Positions 1 through 13,940 of a stretch of 64,000 nt of DNA are shown piece by piece. Origin of the DNA: Podarcis gaigeae. Its lineage: Eukaryota. Each line of letters begins with the position of its first letter. The first letter of the stretch is position 1. A program made the position numbers and the translations under genes. The notes beneath the pieces are model-generated. The model had not been told where the DNA came from. It ran no database searches and worked only from the letters and a program-made list of their open reading frames with translations. The stretch lies in assembly GCA_964106915.2 (NCBI GenBank), contig OZ066918.1. One strand, written 5' to 3'.

Positions 1-41
1 TCTGTGCCAACATATGGCTTAAGCATGGTTAAAATAAGGAT

Positions 42-99
42 GGGGGAAAGTTGGGGAATTCCAGTTAAATGGGGGAATGTTGAGGAATTCCAGTTAAAT
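42..99. repeat. 29-bp tandem duplication (2 copies)
   Basis: gggggaaagttggggaattccagttaaat (42-70) followed by gggggaatgttgaggaattccagttaaat (71-99). Confidence 0.9.
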
Positions 100-2713
100 A
101 GGCTTGGGAGTGCCCCATCCCTGGTGTGGCCTAGTTCCCATGCAACATTAAACTATAGTTAAAAATGTGCAAACCTGGGCTCATGGTTTGGTTCCTCTGA
201 ATGCAGAGGTGGAAGTCAAGAACCAAACCTGGCTTCTGCTCATGGTTTGCTTAGAGAAACCTCAAGCCTGGGTTCATGAGTCACAACAAGTAAGACTCTG
301 GCTTGTTTCCTTCCACAAGTGGCACAATCTGGAGCAGGGGAGGAACAAATCACTCTTGCACATGAAAAGAGAGTTTATTTTAAAGTATGGCTTAGTGAAC
401 CGGGTCTGTATGGGCAAAGGGGTTAAAGAGAGAGTTGTGTGTACCACCCACTAGTTAGAGCTTAAGGCTGAAGCTAAGACTATTAGCAAAGGGAAGAAGA
501 GGGGGGAAAGGGAAGATAAATAATGTTGGCATCCTGAAAAAAAGTATTTTGGAGCGCTTCCAGATGACTTGTCTCTCATCTCCATTTGTTTGCAGGGAGA
601 TTAGACAGTGACTGTTTAGTGAGCATTCACTCTTATTTGTTTGCATGGAGGCCAAATAACATTGCGTCAAGGAAATGTCATCCCACATGTTCAAGTGCAT
701 TTTCTCATCACTTTCCCTATCGCAAAAAAACCCTGATCTTTTGAGGAGGTGGATTTGTTGCTTAATACCTCCCAATCCACTATAATTACACAACCTGAAT
801 TTGCCAGTATGCAATTGACTCCCACCAAGAAATACTGACAGTCTGGAAATGCTCTTACTTGTGAGTCTCTGTGAGAAAAGGATAGCAATGTTTTCTTTTA
901 CATTAGATACGCTAGACTACAACTCCCATCATCCCTGACCATTGGTAAGACCATCTGAGGCTGATGGGAGTTGTGGTCCAAAAGCATCTGGAAGGCCACA
1001 GGTTGCCTACCTCTGCTTTAAAATAACATACTTTAAAGATACTAAGCTGATGGACTCAGAGCACAGGATTACCTATATATCGAAGAGCAAGCAGACATAT
1101 AGGAAGAAGAGGAGGCTGTGCATATGCTGTACATTTAAAGCACCCACCCCACCCAAAGAATCCTGGGAAATCTAGTTTGTCCCTTGCAATTCTGGAATTC
1201 TCAACACCCTTAACAAACCTCAGTTCCCAGGATTCTTTGGGGGAAATCATGTGCTTTGAATGTATGGTGGGAAGGCAGTCAGAGAGACTGCTGATGGCAC
1301 AGATAAAGAACGTCCTGCTGTATTCTGAGGGTTGCATTACAGAGAAAAACAATGTACAAGGTACTTTGCTTCTGACATGAGCTTCTATCTCAGCTTGAAG
1401 AGCGCTAATCATCTTTCAGGTAACATATTAAAATCACAAATGCAGGTTGCAGGAAACAACTCAGAGCAATTACTGGTAAATACCTTTGAGGAGCATGCAC
1501 TTCCGCAACAAATGGATATATCCCATGTTGTCCACCCTGCAGTGGATTTTGGAGTATTTGGGTGTTACGGGAGGAGGAGTGGTGGGGAACACATTGTGTT
1601 CCTTTTGGGGTAGTTTGTCCACCTTTGGTCCTCATCCTGCACTCAACTCTCGTCTGTGACTTCTAGAAGCTGTCAGCATGTGACAGTGGCCCCATCCTGG
1701 AAACTGCTGTGACTGGTCAGCTAAACCAAGTGAAGGTAACTAATGAACATCCATACACACTGCCTAGGCTTGTGCCCCGGGGAGGTCACTTTGGTGCTGC
1801 TAACGCAGCAATTTTGACCAGAGGTGCACCCCACTGTCTTTTGAGACAGATAAATGCTGCCAAAAAGTCACTAAAACACAGTTCAAAACTCAAGAAGCAT
1901 CTTTCTGTAACAGTCCTCTCCAGCCCTATCAGTAGCAACTTCTGAGGTTGGTGATATATCCCAGGAAATGTCCTAGTTTCTCAACCAGTAATTTCACCAC
2001 CTACAGTCAAGACAATATTGATCCTGGAAGGCATAGCATCATCTATGGCTCATCCTATCCTGGAAATGTCAGCTATTAGCAGTCATTCCTCCTGGCTGCA
2101 GCTAGGGTAGCCGTATGTCTATTTTACAGGGAAGAGTCCTCCGTTTCAAGCAGTCCTCTATCTGAAGAGCTGTCTAATCTAGAGAAAGAGAAAGAGCCAG
2201 AAGGAGGGACAGGATGGTCCTTGAAGACTGAACTGTCAGCAGCTGGGCAGCTGTCTGAGTAGGCACACAGGTCATCTGGTTACAGACTTCAGTCATTATT
2301 TTTAGCAATTGTTTAGCATTTTACTCCTAAATCTATTATAATGCTAATATAAATTAGCAGATACAATTTTTATGCAAATATGCATCCTAAGTGGTTCCCA
2401 TAGCTGCAGCAGAGGGAGAGATGGGGCAGCCAGTTCCCTTGACTCAGTGGGAAGATCATTTGCTATTTGACTCTTCTCTTCTCTGAATTGTCTCTGTTCA
2501 AGCTAGTTGGCCATTGTAAGAGCACCTATGCAACTTTAAGAAGGGGTGCTTACTATCCTCCTCTTCCCTCTTCATTTCTTTTCCCTCTTCTGTCATGTTC
2601 ATTAGATTGTAAACTTGCAGACAAGGACTGTCACACTGTAGGTCATTTGATTGTTAACAACGGATCTCTCTTAGCAGACTATGGCTAAAATCCTATGTGG
2701 ACAGGATGGCCAG

Positions 2714-2971
2714 GGTTATGTACTGAAGTTCCCACCCTGGGCCAGCAGGGGGATACTGTAGATAGTTCAGGTCCACATATGCAAATAAGGGATCGAAAGT
2801 GACGTTCAGTGATTGGATAGTTACAGAAAGTTGTTACAGTTACGTTGGACTGGAGCTCTATATAAGCAGGCTGACTGAACCCTTCAGTTCAGTTCTGTTC
2901 TGACCTGTGAATAAACAAGAGCTGTTTGGAGAATCGCTGTGTCGTCTGATATGTTCACCCACAACTTAACA
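2714..2971 (+). mobile_element. Solo LTR (258 bp) of an LTR retrotransposon/ERV
   Basis: Ends (g)gttatg...cttaaca (TG..CA type, first base mutated); 5-bp TSD GCCAG at 2709-2713 and 2972-2976; internal ATGCAAAT, ATTGG, TATATAAG and AATAAA in LTR order. Confidence 0.85.
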
Positions 2972-3006
2972 GCCAGTAAGCAGCACTGAACTCCATGAGA
3001 CAAGTA

Positions 3007-3248
3007 CAGTGGTACCTCGGGTTACATACGCTTCAGGTTACATACACCTCAGGTTACAGACTCCGCTAACTCAGAAATAGTACCTCAGGTTTAGAACTTT
3101 GCTTCAGGATGAGAACAGAAATCGTGCTCTGGCGGCACGGCGGCAGCTGGAGGCTCCATTAGCTAAAGTGGTGCTTCAGGTTAAGAACAGTTTCAGGTTA
3201 AGAACGGACCTCTGGGAAAAATTAAGTACTTAACCCGAGGTACCACTG
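3007..3248. mobile_element. Tc1/mariner-superfamily (pogo/Tigger-like) MITE, copy 1
   Basis: TIR cagtggtacctcgggtta...taacccgaggtaccactg, flanked by TA on both sides; same family as 5834-6059 and 62415-62643 but in the opposite orientation. Confidence 0.92.
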
Positions 3249-4860
3249 TATGGGCAAACGTACAGAAGATGTGGACTAGCACCTCCAATTTAAGCAGATT
3301 TGGAATGTAGCAGAGAAGACACCCTGACGGGTTGACTGAAACCTCCAACATCTCATGAGTATTCCAGCAGGAAACTTCTTGCTTTAGGTGGGACTCAGCC
3401 AGGAGATCACGTAGGCTTTTAGTATCATATATAACATGAACAGATGGCAGCAGAATATAAACCTACATCCACACACTCCTTCAGCCTCCTTCACGATGAC
3501 TATCATCAGCATGCAGAGAATTGCATTTCATGTCCATTGCCTATTGCACCACATTCCAAATATGCCATAACTCAGCTCCAGTAATTCCTATGTCAGCCCA
3601 AACCTGCATCTCAGTGTATCCATTGTTTTCTTGAAAGAAGTCATAACACTCTATTTATTACATTGCCATTCTGACACTTCATCTAAGAACATACGCCAGG
3701 CATGCAAAGGCCAGGCATTGTGAGCAGATACCAAGACGGCTTCCTTTCCTGCACCTGACGCCCCTCAAGTTTTTGCTTTTGTGAGAGCAATGTACTTTCC
3801 AGCAAAAAAAACAAAAGGGGGTGGGGAGAGGAGAATAAATTTCTGTCCCATTTCATTTTTCAGCAAGACTGTTCCACATGACAAGTTCACTTGGCAATAG
3901 AACCGGGAGAGGACCCCTTGAATAATGAATAGCTTGGGCCTGTGATGTGCACTGTATAAGAAAAGATAAATAGAATGGTCTAAGTGAGATGTAAACAAAT
4001 AAATCTGTTGCTCTCCCACGCAGCCTCCCAAACTCCCTGCTTAGCTTTGTGTTTTTATGCAAAGAAGTCACCGCATGTACTTTTTTAAAATAAATAACAA
4101 AAAATAATTTCCTCTTCCAGCAATGGCAAAGGAAAGGAAATGCAATTTAGGTGCTTTCCAGTATGAAATTTTATCAATTCCCCCTGGCACTTGTGTTTAT
4201 AGATTATTGGCAAATGGAACAATAATACTTTGCCTTTCTTTTCGAGCAATTTTGTGGCACTTTTAAGGCTCTCTCTACACCAGGGGTGGAGAAACTGTGG
4301 GCTCCCCAGGTGTTGCAGGACTCCAGTGATCCCTGACCAGTGGCTGGAGGTGGTGACAGTTGGAGTCCTCTACCTCCTTACTGGGAGGCTGCAACAGTGC
4401 CAGAATGGGATAGAGGGTGAGTGGTCCTATTATACTGGGCCTACTATAGTGCCTCTATAGTGTAGAGCCACTCACCCTATAGAGCAAGAGGATGAGGCTG
4501 GCTGGCGTCCCATTCCTTTGTGTACTCCTATAAGGATTTGCTCAGTGATGATGCAGTAACGATCCAGGAGTCAGGGAGCCTATATCAAACCTGATTGGTA
4601 GGGTTTGCAAGGAGTCATGCAAAGCCCCACACAAGTCCCAATGATCAACTGATTAGGCTTGCAAATAAAAAACAAGCAAGGGGCTTTGCAAGTCCCACCA
4701 ATCAGCTGCGACCGGCCACATCTTTAACTGCCCCACACCAGATGTCATGTTTGTCATATATGATGTCAAGTGTAAAGCAGGAGGACATGGCTTGGCTGAA
4801 ACGGCCTCAAGAACCATATAGGGAAGTCTGGTAGGTCTAGTGAGATCTATGGGCTGGAGG

Positions 4861-5297
4861 GTTAACCTATGGTTTTCCCAGTAGTGATGTATGGAAGTGA
4901 GAGCTGGACCATAAAGAAGGCTGATTGCTGAAGAACTGATGCTTTTGAATTATGGTGTTGAAGGAGACTCTTGAGAGTCCCATGGACTGCAAGAAGATGA
5001 AACCTATCCATTCTTAAGGAAATCAGTCCTGAGTGCTCACTGGAAGGACAGACCCTGAAGCTGAGGCTCCAATACTTTGGCCACCTCATGAGAAGAGAAG
5101 ACTCCCTGGAAATGACCCTGATGTTGGGAAAGATGGAGGGCACAAGGAGAAGGGGACAACAGAGATGGTTGGACAGTGTTCTCGAAGCTACCAGCATGAG
5201 TTTGACCAAACTGCGGGAGGCAGTGGAGGACAGGAGTGCCTGGTGTGCTCTGGTCCATGGGGTCACGAAGAGTCGGACACGACTAAACAACAACAAC
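4861..5297 (+). mobile_element. BovB (RTE clade) LINE, 5'-truncated 3' fragment
   Basis: Degenerate RTE ORF C-terminus (MVFPVVMYGSESWTIKKA...GRRRGQQRWLDSV...WCALVHGVTKSRTRL); (CAA)n tail; 12-bp TSD atgggctggagg at 4849-4860 and 5298-5309. Confidence 0.95.
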
Positions 5298-5554
5298 ATG
5301 GGCTGGAGGTACTCCCCACTGCTCCACCAGGTAAGCCCACCCACAAGCAAGAAGGTGAGGCTGGCTGCTTTCTCCTGGAAGACCCAAGCAGCAGCATGCT
5401 CTGGCGGTCCTCTAAGGGAAGCTTGCCTGAGGCCCTGAAAACGTTGGAACCAGTTCTAAGACCTGCTGTGAAAGAAATAGCCAGCACAAAACTGTTGAAG
5501 ACACAGTCAGCATGAGATATTAGTAATTAACTAGCATGACTTGTTAAGTACTAT

Positions 5555-5702
5555 CAGTGCTTTTTTCTATTAAAAAAAAATGTTTAGGGGTACTCTCATT
5601 TTCCTACCCATATTGAAATGCTCCCCCTCAATGAGGCCAAACTTACATTCACAAAATGCTTAGGGGTATGCATACCCCTGCGTCCCCCCAGAAAAAGCAC
5701 TG
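5555..5702. mobile_element. Short non-autonomous DNA transposon (hAT-like MITE)
   Basis: TIR cagtgctttt...aaaagcactg; no clean TSD found. Confidence 0.6.
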
Positions 5703-5833
5703 TGTGTGCGTGTTTGTGTAACACACACACACACACACACACATCACAGCACATCACATCACATTCTCATGTCTGTGGTGGTCGAATCAGAACTATTAAC
5801 TCTTCAATTAACCCTAATAAATGAATTGTAATA

Positions 5834-6059
5834 CAGTGGTACCTCGGGTTAAGTACTTAATTCGTTCCGGAGGTCCGTACTTAACCTGAAACTGTTCTTA
5901 ACCTGAAGCACCACTTTAGCTAATGGGGCCTCCTGCTGCTGCTGTGCCGCTGGAGCACAATTTCTGTTCTCATCCTGAAGCAAAGTTATTAAACTGAAGC
6001 AATATTTCTGGGTTAGCGGAGTCTGTAACCTGAAGCGTATGTAACCTGAGGTACCACTG
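5834..6059. mobile_element. Tc1/mariner-superfamily MITE, copy 2
   Basis: cagtggtacctc...gaggtaccactg TIRs with TA flanks; reverse-complement match to 3007-3248. Confidence 0.92.
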
Positions 6060-6647
6060 TACTCATTCTTATTCAACACGAGTCTTCTGAATGTCTCTTC
6101 GTTGCAGTGATCCAAAATATTTACGTGAAATGCATTCTGTCTCTACAACCTCCCTGGCTTCTCTGCCACACTCATTCTTGCAGCTTTCCAGAACTGTGAT
6201 GGAGATTCAGTACTGCAACATTTTCTGCTGAATGAAACGTGCTACATTGTAGAATCCCATTTACAAAGCCTGCTGCAGAGAGGCCCTTACGGCGATGCTG
6301 CGGTTATATTTTTAACTGACCTAAACAAAGGAATGCCCGAGAAGAACTTTAAAATAGGAACAATCTGGAAAATGACCTCCAGAGAGGCCCAGGGGGAGGT
6401 ATTAGTGTCTCCAAATGATTAATACATTTAAAAGAGCACAGGCATCAATTACTATACAGATTCCAAGGCACGGACATTTGTATTCCAGCCCAGTGGAATG
6501 TGCTGATGAAAACCTCTGCAAATGTTGCTCTCTAGAAATGCTGCATCTGTGGACAAAAGAGATTGTGTGCATTGCAGTTAATTGCAAACTGAACCTTAAG
6601 GGGTTCTGCTCATCCTTAGAAGAGATCACAGTGGGCTTTTCCTAAGT

Positions 6648-6690
<43 letters not shown>

Positions 6691-6713
6691 GATAGATAAA
6701 TAGATAGATAGAT
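6648..6713. repeat. (GATA)n microsatellite
   Basis: Direct reading; about 16 units with two interruptions. Confidence 0.95.
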
Positions 6714-7587
6714 CCAAAACTAGCATTTTATTTACTTAAAGGCTACCTGTGATCACAAAGCATTCCACATGCCTGGACTAGAATTTCAAAACATAGCAAT
6801 AGTTTCTACCCTCTGAACTGTTTAAATTTTGATTTCATTGTATCTTGTTCATATTGCCGTGTGGAGCTGCCAGACAGAAATGCGGGATGCGATTTGAGTG
6901 AGCAAGCAAATAAATAAATAAATAAATAATCACCATTTCACAGATGGCAAACTATCTGTGCTCAGACCAGCTATGGGGTGTGCATATATCCAGTGACACT
7001 AAAGGCAAGGCAGAGGATTATCCAGATTCTGGGGCAAATGTGAGCACCCTTTTCCTTCAGATCTGACAAGGAACCTTGTGTGCAGGGAATCTAGGTTGGG
7101 GGCTAGTTTTGGGGCCCCAGTGAATACTCCTACTGCTGATGCTGATGAGTCATCAGAGTGTACCAGGGCCTTGGACAATGTATAACTAATTTGACCTCTG
7201 GAATTATTTCCCAGATGTCCACTAATGCCATGAAGGTGAATTTGATATATCTAGCAGATTGTGCTCATCCTTAGAGAAAATCAGAGTCTTCAGACAATGT
7301 AAGTTTCCTCATTGAAATACAATGAAATGTAACATTGGGTGCTAAATGGTGCCCGTCATTATTATTAGTATTATTTTAAAAAGCTCAAGGTTTATCACTG
7401 TCATGGATGTTTTCTAATATTTCAGCTGTCACATATACTGCACCTGTTTTGAAATTGGCCAATCTGACTGGGTATGTGAGATGCCACTACAGACAAACAG
7501 AGCTGGCTCAGAGTGCCAGCACATCATTTCTTTTTACCAAAAAAGAAAAGCACAGTATATACATGTAATGTCTAGTTAAATCCCAAG

Positions 7588-8020
7588 TAGAGAGGGGGAG
7601 GGAATTCAATTCAGTATGCATTTAAAGATGATTCACACTTAATTCACACTTTCCTAAACAATATGCGAACTGAGCCATCCTTTGCAATTCACACCTCTCC
7701 AGATTTTCCAGTGCAGTTCTCCAGCCAAGTAATATATACTAAAATGTACATACTAGGCTAAAGGGTGCATAGGAGTGCATATATTAGTGAAAATAACATG
7801 CAAAAAGGCATTTTATTGGGGAAAGTGTTGTGCAAAAAAAATGTGTCTATTAGAGAAAATTGGGGGGGAGTTGATTGTGAGATATTTGCAATAAATGCTA
7901 ATGAATTTTTATGAGGGATTTTTAAAAAAGAATTGCAGATTGCTGAGTAAATGCAGAGAACCTATTGTGGGGGGGACGAGGAACTGAGAGAACTGAAATT
8001 GACTGATCCATCCTTCCCTA
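7588..8020 (+). mobile_element. Old ~430-bp dispersed repeat (probable hAT-type MITE), copy A
   Basis: Diverged similarity to 26622-26977 and 30604-31030, and in reverse to 40235-41079 and 49308-49743; ends resemble tagggatg...catcccta; boundaries approximate. Confidence 0.65.
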
Positions 8021-9093
8021 GCCCCAGTAAGAAAAGATGGAATAAATTAAGAATAAAATGGAAGGACAGCACCTGTAAAGGCCCAGAAAAGGCTCCCAGT
8101 TGGCAGCTTTTCATGCTACATTTTGATGACAGATATCTCCGAGTACAAAATACATGACTACTCAGCAGTTGTAAAAAGGTCCCATGTGTGTAAATTGCAT
8201 GCTTTCCCCCTTCAAAATACAGAGGCAGAAACCAGGAAATGATTGAGTTCCCCTCCTCCTCATAAGAGCCTTCCATGTATTTCAAACTGAAGCAGTGTGC
8301 TTGCATTTTGTACATAATATCTGCATGCAAATATTAACTGTAATATGAGGCACTTTCTGGTGAGTTCAAGGTTACAATCCTAAGGACACCCACTTGGACA
8401 CTAAGGCCCATGCACCCACCGCGTGCCACCGACTAGTGGGCAAACAAGGATGGAGGGAAGTATAAGTGCCATTGCCCTGTGCAGGTCTCCAAACCAGTCG
8501 CAACTGGTGCCCATTCGAACCAACGGGGCAGAAGGTGGGGAAAAGCAAAAGGAAGTGGAGCCAGAGCCAATCACAGGAAGAGCCAACTAATTTTAATCTT
8601 GCCCCCATCTTCCTCCCTGATCAGTTCTGTGAAGGATATGCAGAGACTAAATAGGAGTAGTTATCATGGGCAAAATCTGAACCTTATTAGATTTCCTTAA
8701 ACTCCAGTGCACACTCTTCTCCCATATTTTTGTTCTCTGGTTTTGTTCAAAGCAGGGTGTGTATGTCCTACTAATGTAGACTGCATAGCTGTCAACTGTC
8801 TCAGAAAAACCGGGACATCCCACTTTCCCCTGCGAGAATATGGCAGCCATTTTGGGTGTCTTGCTCTTGCACAATTTCAGGCCAAGATCTTGCCCTGAAA
8901 AAAGTGGTATTTTCGGATCCACGATTTTACTCAACACCCCCAAAGAGGCGTTTTTTTCTGGGTCTGCAATCTTGCACGGGTCACAAGACTAGTAAAAGGT
9001 TCAGCACCTGTGGGTTAAAAGATCATGTAGCAGGATGCACGAAAGACCTACTGCCAGTCAGAGTAAGGCAATACTGAACTAGAGTCTTGAAAG

Positions 9094-9495
9094 CCACTGG
9101 TCTTGAAAGACTTACATTGGCTCCCAGTGTTTCCGAGCACAATTCAAAGTGCTGGTGCTGACCTTTAAAGCCCTAAACGGCCTCGGTCCAGTATATCTGA
9201 AGGAGCGTCTCCACCCCCATCGTTCCGCCCAGACACTGAGGTCCAGCGCCGAGGGCCTTCTGGCAGTTCCCTCACTGCGAGAAGCCAAGTTACAGGAAAC
9301 CAGGCAGAGGGGCTTCTCAGTAGTGGCACCCGCCCTGTGGAACACCCTCCCACCAGATGTCAAGGAGAACAACAACTACCAGACTTTTAGAAGACATCTG
9401 AAGGCAGCCCTGCTTAGGGAAGCTTTTAATGTTTGATGAATTACTGCATTTTAATATTTTGTTGGAAGCCACCCAGATGGGCGGGGTATAAATAA

Positions 9496-9535
<40 letters not shown>
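9094..9535 (+). mobile_element. L2-clade LINE 3' fragment, inserted in a Squam3-like SINE remnant
   Basis: ORF2 C-terminus LHWLP...FKVLVLTFKALNGLGPVYLKERL...FSVVAPALWNTLP; L2-type end gggcggggtataaataaa plus (TTA)n tail. Confidence 0.9.
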
Positions 9536-9537
<2 letters not shown>

Positions 9538-12500
9538 AACAATACTGGACAAATAGTACGATCAGGTACGAAACACCTTCCTATATTCCTAGCCACCCAT
9601 GCAGGATATTGCAGTGCCTGACCTGCTCTAACTGGTTTTCAGGACCTTCCTGTGGGGATAAATATCAGCAGCCAGCTTAAGCATCTGAGATAGTGAATAC
9701 ATTATTTCATATGGATGAGCAGAGCCCTATATCACAAGAAGTGTAGTCCACATCATTCTGTTTTTTGATCACATTTAACTTGTGCATTCATTCATCCATT
9801 GTCTTTGGGGGAAAGCACGTTCATAACTCTTTATGTCTTGGTGTCTGGCAAATTATATCTCAAGTTCCATGTGGGAATTTTAAGGCCTATTTTAAATGAG
9901 CTCAGGTTGCAAAATGAAGTTGAAAAATGCAGTGTTCGCTGCCTCTGCACACAATACAATCCAGCTATTAAAAATGAAACCAAGTGATTCAGTGGTACTG
10001 CAAATGACAACCTGAATTCATTTAATTTCACTTTGAAATATATAAATCTACTGAAGTGCTAAAGGTAATATTTATGAAGCATTGGCTTAAGAATCTCTTA
10101 AATACTTTAGAGAGCTTGTTTCTGTTAAAATTATTCATCCAGGTTATCGTGGATCTTGGAATCATCCTGACAACAGGCTAAAAACCCCCTCTACATTAGC
10201 CAAATAGTCTAATTTAGGTAACAATTCTAAACAGTGATAGGCAATCTGGATGTTTTGGGAAATGCAAATAGCATCCCACTTTAGAGAGGGGCTTGATTAT
10301 TACGACTGGAGCACGTTTGGAGGAGAAATGTGGCTCTTTCCTCTCTTGCTGTGGCCACGAGGAAAGCCCTACGTCTTAAACCGGTATTTGCATTGGGGTG
10401 AATCCTTCATTGATGAAAAATATAAATAAACCTGCATGCTAAATGCAAATACACATTTAATGTCACATCTATTTTAGCCCTAGGTTCCCACTTATCATTA
10501 GTGGAACGTACTTCTGAGTAAGTTACTTATTTAAAATAAATCAGCTCCCCCCCAAATTTCCCATTATATTGGCTTTCACAGTCTGTACCTGATATCGTGG
10601 GGTCTCTGTGTCCTGCTGGAACACACATTCCATTTCTGATGAGTTCACAAGAACTGTTTTTCCCCCAGAGCAGGCTGGCCCACTAGGGCACTGTCCCACC
10701 AACCTAATTCTGTTCTCAGCCAGCCCCGCCTGCTAATCCAGTACAGCAAATGTTGAGTGAGACCCAACAGAAAGGTTAGCTACAGGACGAAAACTATAGC
10801 AAAGGCCTCCAAGGATGTAAAGTGTACAGGTTATCAAATGCAGACAAACTGGTACAGCTATGAACTTGGTTTATATGACAAAACTTTTCAAATTCTTGAC
10901 AGGCAAGCCTGGAAATACAGAGTGAGATCCTATGCTGCACCCGTTCTTATATGCAGCAGGGGAGTTCGCATCAAAGCCATTTCCATCAAAGGGGTCAAAG
11001 AGCATTTATTGGTGCTCATCCGAACCAGCTCTGAGTGATTTGTATGAAAATATCAGTGCACTAGAGGGTAATCTTCAAAAATACAAGAAGAGATGACAGC
11101 ATCTATCTTCTAGGAACAAAACACATTTCGGAGAACAAGCTGCAGAGTCCAGCCAGAACTCACAGATGCATTTTACCAGGGTTACCTTGAATGATTATTC
11201 AAGCCCAGCCTATATGCCACTAAAGCATTTGAAATATGTGGGCCTCCTTCCTCTCATGCAAACAGAACATTTTGCTGTCATTTTTATACTCCCCATGGGG
11301 GAACCACAAGATTCTCCCCCAGATGTTAGAAACATCAGGGTTGGTGGCCACAGCCAGCATCCTAGGGTAGCCTGAGCACCCCAGAGTGGCTCATTGCTTG
11401 TGCCTGTCTTGCCCCCATGAATTTCTGCCCCCTAGCCTACCACCACAAGCAGTGCCAGGCAGCAACTTTTAACCTCCATTGTCATTTTCCACAATGCTGT
11501 ATATTGAATGTATGAAGTTACTAGTGTGCTTCACATGGGCACCTGGCCACAGCTACTATGAAAAGAGGATCTGCCCTGAGCCAGCAGGGCTCATATTCCA
11601 ATGTCTCATACCAAGTCAGACCCTTGATCCATCCAACTGAGTATAGCCTCTAATTAGTAACAGCATCTAATTAGGTTCATGGACTGGAGGATCCTCAGTT
11701 GCTCTCCAGGGTTTCAGAAAGGCTATTTCTCAGTCCTCCTTGGAGATTCTGGGGACTGAAACTTTGGAGTATTGTGGGAAATTTTATTGGTGGCAAGATG
11801 CAGCCACCTGGGGCTGCTTAGGGTGCTGCTGTCCCTACCACTGCCATATAAACCCATTGACAAAGGAGAGGACCTTTTGCTCAGGGCCTCCTCCTGCCTG
11901 GAGTTGGCCATGAGTAGCATACAAAACCTGCAGATGTGGGTTTCGTGTGTCCGCTATTGCTTCTCTATTTGAAACTGGCTTCCTTCTGAAACTTGTGGGT
12001 TGTTAATGAGTTGGTTCTTTTGAAGCCTGGACTTGCTCTCCAAGCTTCTCACTACCACCACGGCCAATTATTCTCAAATCTCACTAGAGATATTCCATGC
12101 ACACTCACCCAAAAAGGAACTGCACAGATCACCTTTAAAAGTCTTAAGACAAAAATAGCTATGTACAGGTGCTTCCTGGAGAAGCCGGGGAGGGAGGTGA
12201 TTATAACTTCACAGGTATAGTAAAAGTGCTAGAAATAAGTTTGGAATGAAACCTGCACCATTCAACCTGCACTGTGGGGTCAATACTGCTTCAACCAGTT
12301 GCCAGCCCAAGTATGCGACCAAGCTCTGATTAGCTATCTGCTTTAAGGCCAAGTACTGATACAGGCAACTACCCATCCATCCAGGGCACAGCCAACTATT
12401 AGATCAAATGACTCACATAATGCCACCACGACAGAAGCCTAGGAAAGATCAATTCAATATAAATCTCACACGCTGCCATGACATTTTCATTTGTGTAGCA

Positions 12501-13940
12501 ACAGGAGCCCATTATGGTATGACAGTGTCCTTGCTGATAAACTCAGTAAAAGAGCAGCAAGTGGAACTCTTTTTGAGGAAGCCAGCAAATGAAGGGGTAT
12601 TTCCCCCCCTTAAAAATAAAATTAAAATCTGTAACAGCAAACCCAAATCATGCTTGAGGTAGAAGAACAGGTATGAAAGTATAAACCAAAAGTGCAAATA
12701 GAAATTGTGGGGGGAATGAATTTATTCAGGCAATGTTGCTAATAACGACACCAATATATTAGCCTAAACTTGATGTTCCAAAGCTGCCAAAGTTAAGTTC
12801 ATACGCAACGCAGAGATGTTATTAATTTGAAAAGGGGGGGGGGGACGACTACCCTGTGCTATAAAGCCCATTCAGTTTAAGATGCTTTGCTAGACATCCT
12901 CATCCCCATCAGATTGGTACCCTAATTCCTTTCTCCCTGTTTCTTCCTCACCTCATATGGTATCCATTTATGCCCCTGGAATCAGGTTTCTGTGGATATT
13001 GCAGAGAGTTGCTGAAGATTTGTTTGCACACTATTCTCCTTCCAAGTGACAACTGTATGGTCTTTGCTTTCTCTAAAAAGAGATGTTTTGAGCATGTATT
13101 CTGTCTTCTACTTGACTACTTATACCTGCATCTGTGCAACCCACGCTTCATCTAAACTTAGATGAGATGGGTCTGTCTCAATTATAGCTGAGATACAAAC
13201 ACAAACTCTTACAGACCCTAGGAAAGACAACCAGCTCTTCCTGAGCTCTGCTGGGCTTTTGCTGGCCAGGGCAGAAAGTGGGGTGTCCCCTCTCATATCT
13301 TTATCTTCCATTTTTCCTTTCTTTTTAGCTTCCTGTCCCCTTCTTGTAGCACTCAGCACAAACAATATCAAGCTCCATCCATTTTTCTTCTCTGCTTACT
13401 GATATTTCACACTATTAAACGGTTACTTTAGTAAAGATTTCTTTACTAAATCTTCCCTTTCACCTCAGTCACACCCCTGCACATTTAAAGAACTCTTATG
13501 CCACTTTGCCAGGCATGGCTTCCTCCAAAGAATCCTGGGAACTGTAATATTCTGAAGGCTGCTGCCTGCACAGAGCTACAAATGACATCACCCTTAACAA
13601 ATGGCAGCTCCAAAGATTTTGGAGTGCTTTAAATGCATGGCGTGAATGTGCAGCTTCACCTTTCTGTCTCAGTTGGTAACATTCTATATTTTCAGCAAGA
13701 GGCTGAGTGTTACCTTTTATGCATCACTCTCTGTCTTAATTCACACAACTGCTCTAGCTAAGGTTTGTCAGTTCTTTGTAATCATTCAAAACATTGTCCT
13801 CTCTTATCTACTGATCTCACTAAAACCCTTATACAGGCATACAGCATCAGGGATATGCACAGCATTGCATCCTGCAAGAATCAAAATGGTGACAGAGGTA
13901 AATTTAGCAGCATGGGGCCAGCGCTCCTTTCCATGCCACT

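Noticed and set aside
4862-5515. ORFs of 116-162 aa on both strands
   Set aside because: Sense and antisense readings of a degenerate BovB fragment containing stops and frameshifts
8784-8990. Second copy of the catagctgtcaa hAT family
   Set aside because: Only a left-TIR-like match; no right TIR or TSD found, so it cannot be delimited
13427-13450. 10-bp AT-rich hairpin tttagtaaag-attt-ctttactaaa
   Set aside because: Short and AT-rich with no supporting context
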